In this document: positions 1 to 8,771 of the stretch, in pieces | Position numbering within the stretch: position 1 is the stretch's first letter | How the letters are laid out: each line of letters begins with the position of its first letter | DNA from: Candidatus Ozemobacteraceae bacterium | GTDB lineage: Bacteria > Muiribacteriota > Ozemobacteria > Ozemobacterales > Ozemobacteraceae | DNA: 64,000 bases | Assembly: GCA_035373905.1 (NCBI GenBank) | Contig: DAOSOK010000002.1 | Location: 131,038-195,037 of the forward strand | Direction of reading: 5' to 3' | Notes under the pieces: generated by a model | The model's database searches: none | What the model saw: the letters and a program-made list of their open reading frames with translations, nothing else | Told to the model about the DNA's origin: nothing | Made by a program: the position numbers and the translations under genes

Positions 1-333
1 CCAGCCGGCCTGGTACTCGTACCCCCACGTCGCGATCGACTGGTGCTCCTTCATCGGATCTTTCGGAAAATCCAGGAGATACCCTTTGCCGAGCGTTGTC
101 GTCGCGAGAATGCCGACTTCGGCGGTGTACGGGTATCGTCCTTTGTCGGTGCGATACTCCATCAGAGCCTTTCGGAGCGCCTTGAGGTTCGTCTTCATGA
201 CGGCGACTTCGCTCTGGGCGACGTAATCGGAATAAAACGGCATCGCCAGGCCGACGAGCGCCGCCATGACGCCGACGACGATGAGAAGTTCCACGAGCGA
301 AAAACCGGAGCGCTTACGGCGCCCGATTTCCAT
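1..333 (-). CDS. GspG/PulG-family major pseudopilin (type II secretion / type IV pilin-like), 3'-partial at window edge
   Basis: Not in the ORF track because it runs off the window start. Own translation of the minus strand from 333 down to 1 gives MEIGRRKRSG|FSLVELLIVVGVMAALVGLAMPFYSDYVAQSEVAVMKTNLKALRKALMEYRTDKGRYPYTAEVGILATT...GYEYQAGW. Prepilin leader, G/F cleavage site, Glu+5 and a GspG-like body are all present. Alternative start at 366 (MHRQYSLAPAV...). Confidence 0.7.
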   Translation of the reverse strand, partial: MEIGRRKRSGFSLVELLIVVGVMAALVGLAMPFYSDYVAQSEVAVMKTNLKALRKALMEYRTDKGRYPYTAEVGILATTTLGKGYLLDFPKDPMKEHQSIATWGYEYQAGW

Positions 334-385
334 GACGGCAGGGGCCAAGGAGTATTGCCTGTGCATGAGATGATTCCTCCACGTG

Positions 386-934
386 TCACCAGTCTTTGTA
401 AAGGGTATCGTCGAACCCGATCCTCCAGCCGCCGATGAACGTCGGATCTGCCGGGAAACGGACGTCGAACACGCGCGAGTTGGTCAGCTGGTGCTCGATG
501 CTGGCGACGTTCGTCACCCAGATGCTGGCGGCCGGTGAGGTGGCAATGAATCGCAGATCCCAGCGAAACATATCGTCATTTGGCGTGAACGGATTCTGGG
601 TCTGACCGAGCGTGAGAAACGGCCCTTCGGTCGCCCGGGAACGTGTTTCGGCCTCCGGGATGACGTCCAGGAGCGTTCTGATGGATTTCGGCGGCAGGTT
701 GTCCATGCGGGCGTTCCTGTATCTGTCTATCGCGAGGCGCATGTCGTACAGGCGGTCGCGAAGCATGCGTTCCCGTGTCTTCATGTCGAACAGCTCGACC
801 GTCGGAAGGGCCATCAGGGCGAGCACCGAGATGACCGAAACGACGATGATCATCTCGATCAGCGACAGGCCCCGACGGGCGGCGATCGCGCCTCTGGAAG
901 GAGCATGAAGAGCAATTCGGGCGGCTTTGAGCAT
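386..934 (-). CDS. GspG/PulG-family major pseudopilin (second tandem paralog)
   Basis: Part of ORF 386..1051(-). Internal Met (ORF residue 40) gives MLKAARIALHAPSRGAIAARRG|LSLIEMIIVVSVISVLALMALP, a prepilin N-methylation motif with Glu+5. The body (LRDRLYDMRLAIDRYRNARMDNLP...) matches the GspG pattern. A 'cat' is seen at 932-934. Confidence 0.75.
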   Translation of the reverse strand: MLKAARIALHAPSRGAIAARRGLSLIEMIIVVSVISVLALMALPTVELFDMKTRERMLRDRLYDMRLAIDRYRNARMDNLPPKSIRTLLDVIPEAETRSRATEGPFLTLGQTQNPFTPNDDMFRWDLRFIATSPAASIWVTNVASIEHQLTNSRVFDVRFPADPTFIGGWRIGFDDTLYKDW

Positions 935-1134
935 GCGACTACTATATCCGATACGTGGGGGAATTTTCCAGCTCGACGATGAAGCGGGCAGGGGGCGATC
1001 GGCTCTGCGATACCCGGATGCTGCTTCGATTCTGTCAGTCACGAGCGACACCGTTGCGACTGCCGTGTGGTAAAGTATTTTGTGACCGGTCGAATGAAAA
1101 ACGTGCCAGCATCGAGCGGCCTGGGAGGTATCGA

Positions 1135-1872
1135 ATGATACGAAACGGCGTGGCGGAAAACGGGGAGAAGATGAGAGCGCCCTGCTGCAACGGAGTGGTG
1201 TTATTCCTCGCTCTTCTGCTGTTCCAGATATATTTAGGAACGTATACTATAGCGGTGGCCGGCGAATGGGAGGCGTTCGAGATCAACGCCCAGTATCGCG
1301 GGTCGGTGAAACAGGCTTCCGAACGGCTCGGTTGCGCGATCGGGTATTTCCAGGGACTCGGCGACGGCCAGAACCAGGTGATCTTTCACGCCTGCGTCCA
1401 GGACCCCGAAAAGGCCCGAACCTACTACGCGTTCAGAGTGAATGAAACCGGACGCCGGGCCGATGCTGTGCTCAACAGGACGTCCGAGATCTACGCCCGG
1501 TTCGAGGGATTCGAGCCATCGCACCAGGAAGCCGCCAAGGATTTCCTTCTGCTCCTGTCGGAACTCCGGCGGTCGGATTTCGAGCCGAAGCCGGAGGACT
1601 CGATCGAGATCAACCGGGTCAGGATGCGCCTTTCCAGCACCACGAAGGAACGGGGAAAGAGGCGGGAAGTGACGGTCACGCGGCCGGGCAAACCTCCCGT
1701 CGAGGGGAAGTTTTTTTTCCTGCGCTCCATGCCGAACGCTCCGTGGGGTCTCGAAAAATTTCGCCTCAAGCGAGGGAAAGTCTCGGTTTCGTTCGTCGTT
1801 CAGCGTCTCGATGCGATACGCGCGACATACGGCGTGAAATCGCCGTTCGATGCATGGGTCTTCGCACGATGA
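1135..1872 (+). CDS. hypothetical protein with an N-terminal transmembrane anchor
   Basis: ORF 955..1872; likely start MIRNG at 1135 with GGAGG 8 nt upstream. Hydrophobic segment VVLFLALLLFQIYLG. No family recognised. Divergent from the pseudopilin genes. Confidence 0.45.
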   Translation: MIRNGVAENGEKMRAPCCNGVVLFLALLLFQIYLGTYTIAVAGEWEAFEINAQYRGSVKQASERLGCAIGYFQGLGDGQNQVIFHACVQDPEKARTYYAFRVNETGRRADAVLNRTSEIYARFEGFEPSHQEAAKDFLLLLSELRRSDFEPKPEDSIEINRVRMRLSSTTKERGKRREVTVTRPGKPPVEGKFFFLRSMPNAPWGLEKFRLKRGKVSVSFVVQRLDAIRATYGVKSPFDAWVFAR

Positions 1873-1897
1873 TCGGCGACTTCCCGGCGTCACCGCC

Positions 1898-4126
1898 ATG
1901 AGGCCGGTCGGACTCCTTTTCGCGGTTGCGAGCGGCCTCGGAGCTTTCCTGACGTTTCTGATCCAACCGATGGCCGGGAAAGCCCTTCTTCCCGCATTCG
2001 GAGGCGCTCCCGCCGTCTGGGCCGTCTGCCTCGCCTTCTTTCAGACGGCGCTTCTCGCCGGATACGGATACGCTCATCTGGGAGTTGTAGGCGTCGGCCC
2101 GCAGAAGGTTGCTCCGGTGCATCTCCTCCTGCTGCTCGGAGTCATGCCCCTGCTTCCTCTCGATATCTCCCGCCTGCAGGCGGCCGTCGACCCGGGGGGA
2201 TTTCCGGGACGGCCGGAATGGGCCCTGCTGTTCCGCCTGCTCGGGACGCTGGGATTGCCGTGCGTCCTCCTGGCGGCGACGGCTCCTCTCCTTCAAAACT
2301 GGTTCCTCGTCGCCCGCGGCGACAGCCGCGCGGACCCGTATCAGTTGTATAGTGCAAGCAATATTGGTAGTTTCGCGGCGCTGCTCGCCTATCCCTTCGT
2401 CGTCGAACCCTCCAGCCCGCTCGCTCTCCAGGCCCGCTGGTGGAGTGTCGGATTTGCCGCATTCATCCTGTCCGTCTTCGCCTGCATGCTCGTCATGGCG
2501 GCGGTGCCGCCCGACTTTCGCGCGAAATGCGTCGGCGTCGACGAATCTCCGGGCCCGGAAGCGACGGACGCCTGCCCGGGATGGATGTGGTTTGTCTGGA
2601 GCGCCATTCCGGCAAGCCTCCTCGCGGGCATGACGACGCATATCACGACGGATGTCGCGCCTCTGCCGCTGTTCTGGGTCGTTCCTCTGGCCGCGTATCT
2701 GTTGTCGTTCGTCATCGTTTTCGCGCCGGGCGTTCGGCCCGCATCATGGATTGTTCTCACCGGCATGCCGGTCACATTCGCCGTTCTTCTGCCTGTGTTT
2801 TTGCACGGCGGGGCGACCTCGATCCCGGTCCAGCTCATGGTGCATCTTGCCGCGTTCTTCACGACATGCCTGGTATTTCACGGCATGCTGGCCTCCACCC
2901 GCCCGCCTCCCGGCCGCCTCACGTCGTTCTATCTGACCCTCGCCGCAGGAGGCGCTACCGGCGGCCTGTTCAACGGCATCGCCGCCCCGTGCCTGTTTTC
3001 CGACATCATCGAGTATCCCGCGATGCTCGTCGCCGCCGCCCTGCTCTTTCCTGCGTCCCGGCTTCGTTCGGAAGAACGCACGTTTTCGCGCGCCGTAACC
3101 GTCTGCGTCGGGCTGATGATCGTATATGCAATCCTCTATAAAATAGGCGCATTCGGGGCGGCGCCTTCGGCGGGTCGCCTGTTCATGCCCATCGCGAGCG
3201 GTTTCGCCATGACGGCGATGGCGTTGTGGCAGCCGTCGTTCTGGGGCGCCGTCTTCGCCGTCAGCCTCATCGGCGGAGCGGGACCAGCGTTCCACGACCA
3301 GACGGTGGTCCTGCGGGCCCGAAGTTTCTACGGCGCGTTCCAGGTGGTCGAGACCGGCGGCGGCAGATACCATCTCCTCCAGCACGGGAACATCCATCAC
3401 GGCGGGCAACGGCGGGAGGCCGGCAGACGGAACGTGCCGATGTTCTACTATTCCCGCGAGAGCCCGGTCGGCAGAGTGTTCCGGGAGATGTCCATCGGAA
3501 GACGTGCCAAGCGGGTCGCCGTGGTCGGCCTGGGAACCGGCGGAATCGCCGCCTACGGGCGGCCCTGGCAGAGGTTCGTCTTCTACGAGATCGATCCGCT
3601 TATCATCCGGATCGCCAACGATCCCGAATTGTTCAGTTTCCTGCAGGATACCGCCGCGAAAACGCGTATCGTCGCCGGCGATGCGAGAGTGAATCTGGAA
3701 AAAGCCCCGGATGGGGCATACGATCTGATCATTCTCGACGCCTACTCCTCCGATGCGATACCGATGCATCTGCTGACGCGCGAGGCGATAGGTCTGTATA
3801 TGAGAAAACTGTCGCCGTCCGGTCTTCTCCTTTTCCATATTTCAAATCGATATCTCGATCTCGAGCCGGTTCTCGGTGCCATTGCCGCAAGCCTTCGCCT
3901 GGTTTCGATGACGGCCCTCTACGACCCCGGTGACAATGAGGCCCTGCATTACGAATCGGATGTGCGCTACGTCTTCGGCTCGAAATGGATGCTGATCGCA
4001 TCGCAACGGGAGCATTTCGGCCAACTGGCGCGTGACTCCGCCTGGAGACCGACGAAGGCAGGACCTCCCGGGGTCGCCTGGAGCGATGCATTCTCGAGCA
4101 TCTGGCAGGCATACCGCACGCCGTGA
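1898..4126 (+). CDS. fused polytopic membrane domain / spermidine-synthase-like (PABS) protein
   Basis: ORF 1850..4126. N-terminal ~480 aa has multiple TM helices. C-terminus has an AdoMet-dependent spermidine-synthase-like core: VVGLGTGGIAAYGRP...FYEIDPLII...YDLIILDAYSSDAIPMHLLTREA...LSPSGLLLFHISN. Start at Met-17 (1898) avoids overlap with the upstream gene; 1850 is also possible. Confidence 0.7.
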   Translation: MRPVGLLFAVASGLGAFLTFLIQPMAGKALLPAFGGAPAVWAVCLAFFQTALLAGYGYAHLGVVGVGPQKVAPVHLLLLLGVMPLLPLDISRLQAAVDPGGFPGRPEWALLFRLLGTLGLPCVLLAATAPLLQNWFLVARGDSRADPYQLYSASNIGSFAALLAYPFVVEPSSPLALQARWWSVGFAAFILSVFACMLVMAAVPPDFRAKCVGVDESPGPEATDACPGWMWFVWSAIPASLLAGMTTHITTDVAPLPLFWVVPLAAYLLSFVIVFAPGVRPASWIVLTGMPVTFAVLLPVFLHGGATSIPVQLMVHLAAFFTTCLVFHGMLASTRPPPGRLTSFYLTLAAGGATGGLFNGIAAPCLFSDIIEYPAMLVAAALLFPASRLRSEERTFSRAVTVCVGLMIVYAILYKIGAFGAAPSAGRLFMPIASGFAMTAMALWQPSFWGAVFAVSLIGGAGPAFHDQTVVLRARSFYGAFQVVETGGGRYHLLQHGNIHHGGQRREAGRRNVPMFYYSRESPVGRVFREMSIGRRAKRVAVVGLGTGGIAAYGRPWQRFVFYEIDPLIIRIANDPELFSFLQDTAAKTRIVAGDARVNLEKAPDGAYDLIILDAYSSDAIPMHLLTREAIGLYMRKLSPSGLLLFHISNRYLDLEPVLGAIAASLRLVSMTALYDPGDNEALHYESDVRYVFGSKWMLIASQREHFGQLARDSAWRPTKAGPPGVAWSDAFSSIWQAYRTP

Positions 4127-4209
4127 ACGAAATACTTTGACAGGCTCCTTCGGCGCGGGTAATAATGGCGCCGGCCGATTCCCCAAAAGGGGATTCGGAG
4201 GAGAGGTGT

Positions 4210-5064
4210 ATGTCTTTTAATATGTCTCTGCAAGCATGCATGGGAGGGTTTCGGCGCTCGGAATACCGGCGGTTCTGGCGCACAGCAGCCCTCGTCGGCG
4301 CGTTCGCCGCCGGAACGGCGTTCCTGACTCCCGCCCTGGCTCAGGATGTCCCGGAAGAAGCCGCCGAAGAGGCTCAGGATGCCACAACTGTCATCGAGAA
4401 CGGATTCTACGACGCCTTGGCGCGTGGCCAGGCTTCGGAAGCCGAGTCGATTCTGACCGGTACCATGAACGACAAGACGTCGACGGTGCTCGTCAACGTC
4501 CCTCAACTCATGCTTGCCCTCGCAAACCACCTGTGCGAGAGCGGCGATCTCGAAGCCGCCCGCCCCTGGTACGAACGTCTCGAGAAAGAATTCGGCGGGC
4601 AGATCGCCGATGAAGATGGCCAGAAAACCTTCCGCGACCTGATCCAGGGAAAGCTCGAGTGGATCCGGGGAGGCGGGAAACGGCCTTGGGCGCGACCGAG
4701 CGCAGTCGAGCTCGCCCGGGAAATCATGGCGGCGGTCGCCGCGAGCGGAACGACCCGGCTCGATACGCTGCTCGCCGTGCCCGATATCTACGTCGGGTGG
4801 TGGCAGAGCGAGCTCGAGCCGACCGCTCGCGAAGATCTGATCGCGTTCCTGGCGAAGCATCGGGAAGCCGGGATTTCCTGGTCGAACGAAGCTGAAATCG
4901 CCTCGCTCAGTGAAAAGGCGGACGAGAAGGTGCTGTATGCGAACACCCACGGTTGGAGCGAGATGGAAGGCGGATTCAGGAACGTCCAATTCGCCATCCA
5001 CCGCGTTCCTGGCGGCTGGGAATGGCGCGGCATCGTCCTCGGAGAAGCGGGCGGCGAACCCTGA
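4210..5064 (+). CDS. hypothetical secreted protein
   Basis: ORF 4165..5064. Start MSFNMSL at 4210 has GGAGG about 10 nt upstream. Signal-peptide-like N-terminus (ALVGAFAAGTAFLTPALAQD). No recognised domain. Confidence 0.5.
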   Translation: MSFNMSLQACMGGFRRSEYRRFWRTAALVGAFAAGTAFLTPALAQDVPEEAAEEAQDATTVIENGFYDALARGQASEAESILTGTMNDKTSTVLVNVPQLMLALANHLCESGDLEAARPWYERLEKEFGGQIADEDGQKTFRDLIQGKLEWIRGGGKRPWARPSAVELAREIMAAVAASGTTRLDTLLAVPDIYVGWWQSELEPTAREDLIAFLAKHREAGISWSNEAEIASLSEKADEKVLYANTHGWSEMEGGFRNVQFAIHRVPGGWEWRGIVLGEAGGEP

Positions 5065-6015
5065 TCAGAACTGGAGATTGTCCTCCCGCGTCCAGCCCTC
5101 TTTTTTGCCGTTGTTGTAGGAAATGCGGAACCACATGTATTTCCCGGCCTGCTGGGCGGCGAGGATCTTCACGGTGAGCCCCTTCGGAGCTTTTCCAACC
5201 AGCTGAGACTTCACGTCGGGGCTGCTCCGGATCTTCGCGAGCGGGTCGGCTATGATCGTTCCCTCTTCGGGAAGCTTGCCGCCGGCCACGTATCCCTTCA
5301 CCGTTTCGGCCGGAGCCGCCGGCTTTGCGACGGCGGTGCTGACCGTCATCGCGATGGTTTGCGCTTTCTTCGCCGCCGCCTGGATCCGGGCGGCGGTCAT
5401 GCTTGCAACGGCGGAAGCAGTCACACTCGCAACGCTCTGGTCGCCGATCAGTTTCCCGTTATGATCGACCATCGTCGAAAGAACTTCCTGTGGGCCTATC
5501 AGCAGCAGATCGTCGCGGGTCCAGCCGATCTTCTTGTTGAAATCCCATTTGATTTTCGTCCACCCATCGCTGCGCTCGAGAACGAACCCCTTCGTTCCCT
5601 GGTTGACCCGCATCATTTCTTTTGCCTGTGTCGAAGCGGATTCACGAACCTTCACGCCGTTCGTCAGCGCGTATGCGACCTCGTTTCCGTGAAGAGATTT
5701 CCCGGGATCCGTTGCCGCAGTCGAGCTGCCGGAAGAGAGAGCGGGCGAGGGGGATGCCGGCGCAACGCCGGCGGTCTGTGTGATTGCTGAAGGCGCCGAC
5801 GGCCGGAATTCCGGGGACGTTCCTCCCGTCGCTGGAACAGAAACGGCGGGTGCGGGCGCCGCTGCGACGGGTGTATTCGGCGACGGCCCGGCCGATGCGG
5901 CAGGAGTCTGGCTTTTCTCTTCCAGCATCCGAAACATCTGCTTGCCCGCAAAAATGCCCAGGGCGATGACGGAAGCGATGATCACGAGAACGGAGATAAT
6001 CTTAATAATTTTCAC
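5065..6015 (-). CDS. membrane-anchored protein with two bacterial SH3-like (SH3b) domains
   Basis: N-terminal TM (MKIIKIISVLVIIASVIALGIF). Pro/Ala/Ser-rich linker. Two SH3b-like repeats: GWTKIKWDFNKKIGWTRDDLL and KYMWFRISYNNGKKEGWTREDNLQF. Confidence 0.6.
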   Translation of the reverse strand: MKIIKIISVLVIIASVIALGIFAGKQMFRMLEEKSQTPAASAGPSPNTPVAAAPAPAVSVPATGGTSPEFRPSAPSAITQTAGVAPASPSPALSSGSSTAATDPGKSLHGNEVAYALTNGVKVRESASTQAKEMMRVNQGTKGFVLERSDGWTKIKWDFNKKIGWTRDDLLLIGPQEVLSTMVDHNGKLIGDQSVASVTASAVASMTAARIQAAAKKAQTIAMTVSTAVAKPAAPAETVKGYVAGGKLPEEGTIIADPLAKIRSSPDVKSQLVGKAPKGLTVKILAAQQAGKYMWFRISYNNGKKEGWTREDNLQF

Positions 6016-6024
6016 AATAAAAAT

Positions 6025-6067
6025 CCCCCCAGAAATTGATCTCGATTCTAGTACCGAGACCGGGGGG
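6025..6067 (-). terminator. intrinsic terminator downstream of the flp gene at 6116..6325
   Basis: Minus strand reads CACCCCCCGGTCTCGGTAC...GAGATCAATTTCTGGGGGG followed by ATTTTTATTGTG. This is a GC stem with a nested TCTCG/CGAGA stem and a U-run. Confidence 0.5.
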
Positions 6068-6115
6068 TGTCAAGACCCTGCGGGATATTGTAAAGGGTTT
6101 CGGTCGGATGATTCC

Positions 6116-6325
6116 TCAACCTCCGCTGGGAGGGGCGGAAGAAGAGGACGGGAGAACGGAGTCGGCCACCCGCTGAAAATTTCCGAGATAATTATCGCGA
6201 ATGAGCTGTCCGACGAGGGAAAGCACCACAAGCAAAGCTATCGCCACCAGGCTGATGACGAGGGTATACTCGACGAGTCCTTGGCCGGAGCGGCGGTTGA
6301 GCCTTTTCAGACAGTATCTGTTCAT
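6116..6325 (-). CDS. flp: Flp/Fap-family type IVb pilin
   Basis: Part of ORF 6116..6370. MNRYCLKRLNRRSGQGLVEYTLVISLVAIALLVVL shows the Flp motif G-x-x-x-x-EY followed by a hydrophobic stretch. Confidence 0.7.
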   Translation of the reverse strand: MNRYCLKRLNRRSGQGLVEYTLVISLVAIALLVVLSLVGQLIRDNYLGNFQRVADSVLPSSSSAPPSGG

Positions 6326-6469
6326 AAGTGATCCCCCTTCATGAAAACAGCAAACATTATGCCAGTTCACTTTCCATGACCTCGGATGATTTTACCAGAA
6401 ATTTTCATTTGGTGGGCAACCTGATTCCGATTTTTGCCTGAATCGCCCCCGAAAATCGGCATTTTCGTG

Positions 6470-6478
6470 TGATATAAT
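6470..6478 (+). promoter_or_regulatory. extended -10 promoter element (TGaTATAAT) upstream of the 6499 gene
   Basis: The sequence gtgTGaTATAATcgcaag lies about 20 nt upstream of the ATG at 6499, with gggga as the RBS. The -35 is poor. Confidence 0.4.
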
Positions 6479-6498
6479 CGCAAGCGGCAACGGGGAAT

Positions 6499-7365
6499 AT
6501 GATGAGAGCCGATGAATGGATACGCCACTGGAATCTGTTTGCGGGAATGCGTTTTCCCGACGGCAGCTTCCCCTATGCGCCAGGATTGCGTTCGGCGGTC
6601 GAACCCACCATTCATGCCGTTCTTGCAGGACTGGCCGGGGGCGTGGATCCCCGGGAACTTGCCCCTTCCATCGCATGGCTTTCCGGAAGACGGAACCAGG
6701 ACGGTTCCGTTCCCTGTTCCCCTGAATTCCCGGATCAGGGTCTTTGGGTCACCGCTCCTTGGGTCGTTGCCATGGCGAAAGCTGGAGATACCCGTTCTGT
6801 CTCCGCCGCTGTCGAGTTCCTGCTTTCCTTCGTCTCCATCACGGTGCAGAACACCAGCACGAACGATCTCGACGGCTCGCTGACGGGCTGGCCCTGGGGA
6901 AAAGGTGCGTTTTCCTGGGTAGAGCCGACCGCCTGGAGCCTGCTCGCACTCGAAGCGGCGGGAAAGAGTGACCATCCCAGGGTTGAAGAAGGACGAAAAC
7001 TGTTGCTGGACAGGCAGATTCCGGCCGGGGGATGGAACTACGGCAACAAGACCGTCTACGGACAGGAACTGATCCCGTTCGCCGATACGACGGCCTTGGC
7101 CCTTCTGGCCCTCTGCGAGAGGGTTCCCGAGGCTTCCATTGAACGTTCGATACGATTCCTCGAAACGGATGCTGCAACTCAGGAGTCTCCCTATGGCCTG
7201 GCGCTGACGGGGCTCGCTCTGCGACGTTGCCGAAGACCGAACGGCGATGCCGTGTTGAAACGCCTGGAAGGCTGTGTGTCGATGATGGCGGGTGAGCGGC
7301 TGAATACGGTGCATCTCGGTCTGGCCCTTCAGGCTCTGGGGTCACGGGGAGTCCTCTGGGAATGA
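6499..7365 (+). CDS. prenyltransferase / squalene-oxidase-repeat (terpenoid-cyclase-like alpha/alpha toroid) protein
   Basis: Repeats with GGWNYG, TAWSLLALEAAG and ALALLAL motifs. About 288 aa. Confidence 0.55.
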   Translation: MMRADEWIRHWNLFAGMRFPDGSFPYAPGLRSAVEPTIHAVLAGLAGGVDPRELAPSIAWLSGRRNQDGSVPCSPEFPDQGLWVTAPWVVAMAKAGDTRSVSAAVEFLLSFVSITVQNTSTNDLDGSLTGWPWGKGAFSWVEPTAWSLLALEAAGKSDHPRVEEGRKLLLDRQIPAGGWNYGNKTVYGQELIPFADTTALALLALCERVPEASIERSIRFLETDAATQESPYGLALTGLALRRCRRPNGDAVLKRLEGCVSMMAGERLNTVHLGLALQALGSRGVLWE

Positions 7366-8327
7366 ATCGAAGACAGTTTTTGAAATGGTCCCTTGCCGCC
7401 GTCGGGGCTGCGGGCCTTGGGGCCCTCATCGGCCGTTATTGGCACAGACGGTGCCGTGTATGGGTGCTCCCCGGACAGGATTACCAACGTGATCTTTCCC
7501 GTGATGTTGCTGGAGTGCTGGCACAGGAAGAACTCGCTCTGAAAGGGAAAAAGGTTCTCATAAAGCCCAACTTCGTTGAATGTCACCCGGGAAGGCCTAT
7601 CAATACCGATGCAAGACTCATCGCCCAGGTTGCCGACGCCTGCTTCCGGCTGGGCGCTTTATCCGTAGCGGTGGCGGAAGGTCCCGGCCACAGGCGGGAC
7701 CCTTGGTATTCGATCTATCATTCGACATTGCGTGAGGCATTACCATCCCAAGTGAGGTGTATTGACCTCAATCATGGCGATCTCGTGAAAGTGCCAAATA
7801 AAGGGTGGTACACCAAACTCCAGCATTTTTACATCACGACCCCGCTTGCCGAAGCGGATCTCGTCATCAGTATGCCCAAGATGAAGACTCATCACTGGAT
7901 GGGCGTGACGCTTTCCATGAAAAACCTGTTCGGGAACCTGCCCGGCATCGTCTATGGCTGGCCAAAAAACCTCCTGCACGTGCAGGGCGTTGCCAGGTCG
8001 ATCGTGGACCTCACTCTCACGATGCCGCCCGCATTCGTTGTTGTGGACGGTATTACCGGCATGGAAGGGGACGGCCCGATCATGGGAACGGCGAAGCCGA
8101 TGGGAGTTGTGGTGATGGGGAGGGACCCCCTGGCCGTCGATGCAACCTGCGCCCGCATGATGGGCTTCGAGCCTGGAAATATCCCATACATGGCGCTTGC
8201 CATGCCGCATATCCCTGGAATGCTGGACGAGATGAACGATTATCCGGCCGAGCATCCCCGCAGATTCGCTTCGACCTTTGCCTGTGTGGATGCGTTCAGA
8301 TCGTGGCAGACTGGCCCGTTCTGGTAA
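7362..8327 (+). CDS. DUF362-family protein with a twin-arginine signal
   Basis: MNRRQFLKWSLAAVGAAGLGA is a Tat motif. DUF362-like core: KPNFV...ISMPKMKTHHWMGVTLSMKNLFG. Overlaps the upstream gene stop by 4 nt. Confidence 0.6.
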   Translation: MNRRQFLKWSLAAVGAAGLGALIGRYWHRRCRVWVLPGQDYQRDLSRDVAGVLAQEELALKGKKVLIKPNFVECHPGRPINTDARLIAQVADACFRLGALSVAVAEGPGHRRDPWYSIYHSTLREALPSQVRCIDLNHGDLVKVPNKGWYTKLQHFYITTPLAEADLVISMPKMKTHHWMGVTLSMKNLFGNLPGIVYGWPKNLLHVQGVARSIVDLTLTMPPAFVVVDGITGMEGDGPIMGTAKPMGVVVMGRDPLAVDATCARMMGFEPGNIPYMALAMPHIPGMLDEMNDYPAEHPRRFASTFACVDAFRSWQTGPFW

Positions 8328-8364
8328 GAAAATCCGGGGAAATCAAAACGGAAGTAAAACAAAA

Positions 8365-8388
8365 CAGGAGAGGATTGCTCCTCTCCTG
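8365..8388 (-). terminator. intrinsic terminator after flp copy 1
   Basis: CAGGAGAGG-attgct-CCTCTCCTG, with a plus-strand A-run on the side that is downstream on the minus strand. Confidence 0.55.
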
Positions 8389-8412
8389 GATGCGGTCTAA
8401 CGACCTGATGTG

Positions 8413-8596
8413 GTGATCAGGAACCGGTGGTGACCATCTTGTCGCCGATGTAGCCGAGCATGCCGCTGACCTTGCCGCCGGCGAAGGTGAGAGCCACGAT
8501 GGCGAGAACGGCGATGAGGCCGATGATGAGGGCGTACTCGACAAGACCCTGGCCTTCTTCTTCTCTCACAAAGCGCTGAATCAGGTTCATATGGTT
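8413..8596. repeat. tandem duplication unit 1 (about 184 bp, about 99% identical to 8772..8955)
   Basis: Direct comparison of the two stretches shows only 2 mismatches, one of which gives K to Q in the pilin. Confidence 0.85.
8417..8590 (-). CDS. flp: Flp-family type IVb pilin (copy 1)
   Basis: Internal start of ORF 8417..8698: MNLIQRFVREEEGQGLVEYALIIGLIAVLAIVALTFAGGKVSGMLGYIGDKMVTTGS. GGAGGAAC-CAT-ATG gives a strong RBS. Confidence 0.85.
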   Translation of the reverse strand: MNLIQRFVREEEGQGLVEYALIIGLIAVLAIVALTFAGGKVSGMLGYIGDKMVTTGS

Positions 8597-8718
8597 CCTC
8601 CTGCTGGAATGTATTCGGCTTTGAGCCACTGATTTACTAGCAAGTCGTGTGCCAGAAATGAGATATCGAACATTCATGTTCCCATTGGAGTCTCTCACAT
8701 TCGCGAGACGTTTCTTTC

Positions 8719-8754
8719 AAAAAAAAACCTCGTGCAGCGAACATCTGCACGAGG
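8719..8754 (-). terminator. intrinsic terminator between the two flp copies
   Basis: A-run, then CCTCGTGCAG-cgaacat-CTGCACGAGG. On the minus strand this is a 10 bp hairpin followed by U9. Confidence 0.8.
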
Positions 8755-8771
8755 TCTGTTGACCTCAAACG

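Noticed and set aside
4173-4196. Hairpin GCCGATTCCCC-aaaa-GGGGATTCGG after the 1898..4126 gene.
   Set aside because: One internal mismatch and no U-tract. It sits directly on the RBS of the next gene, so it is more likely a 5'-UTR structure than a terminator. Not called.
6367-7314. 315 aa minus-strand ORF overlapping the prenyltransferase-repeat gene.
   Set aside because: The plus-strand gene has recognisable repeat motifs, an extended -10 promoter and a coupled downstream gene. The minus ORF is Arg/Gly/Pro-rich.
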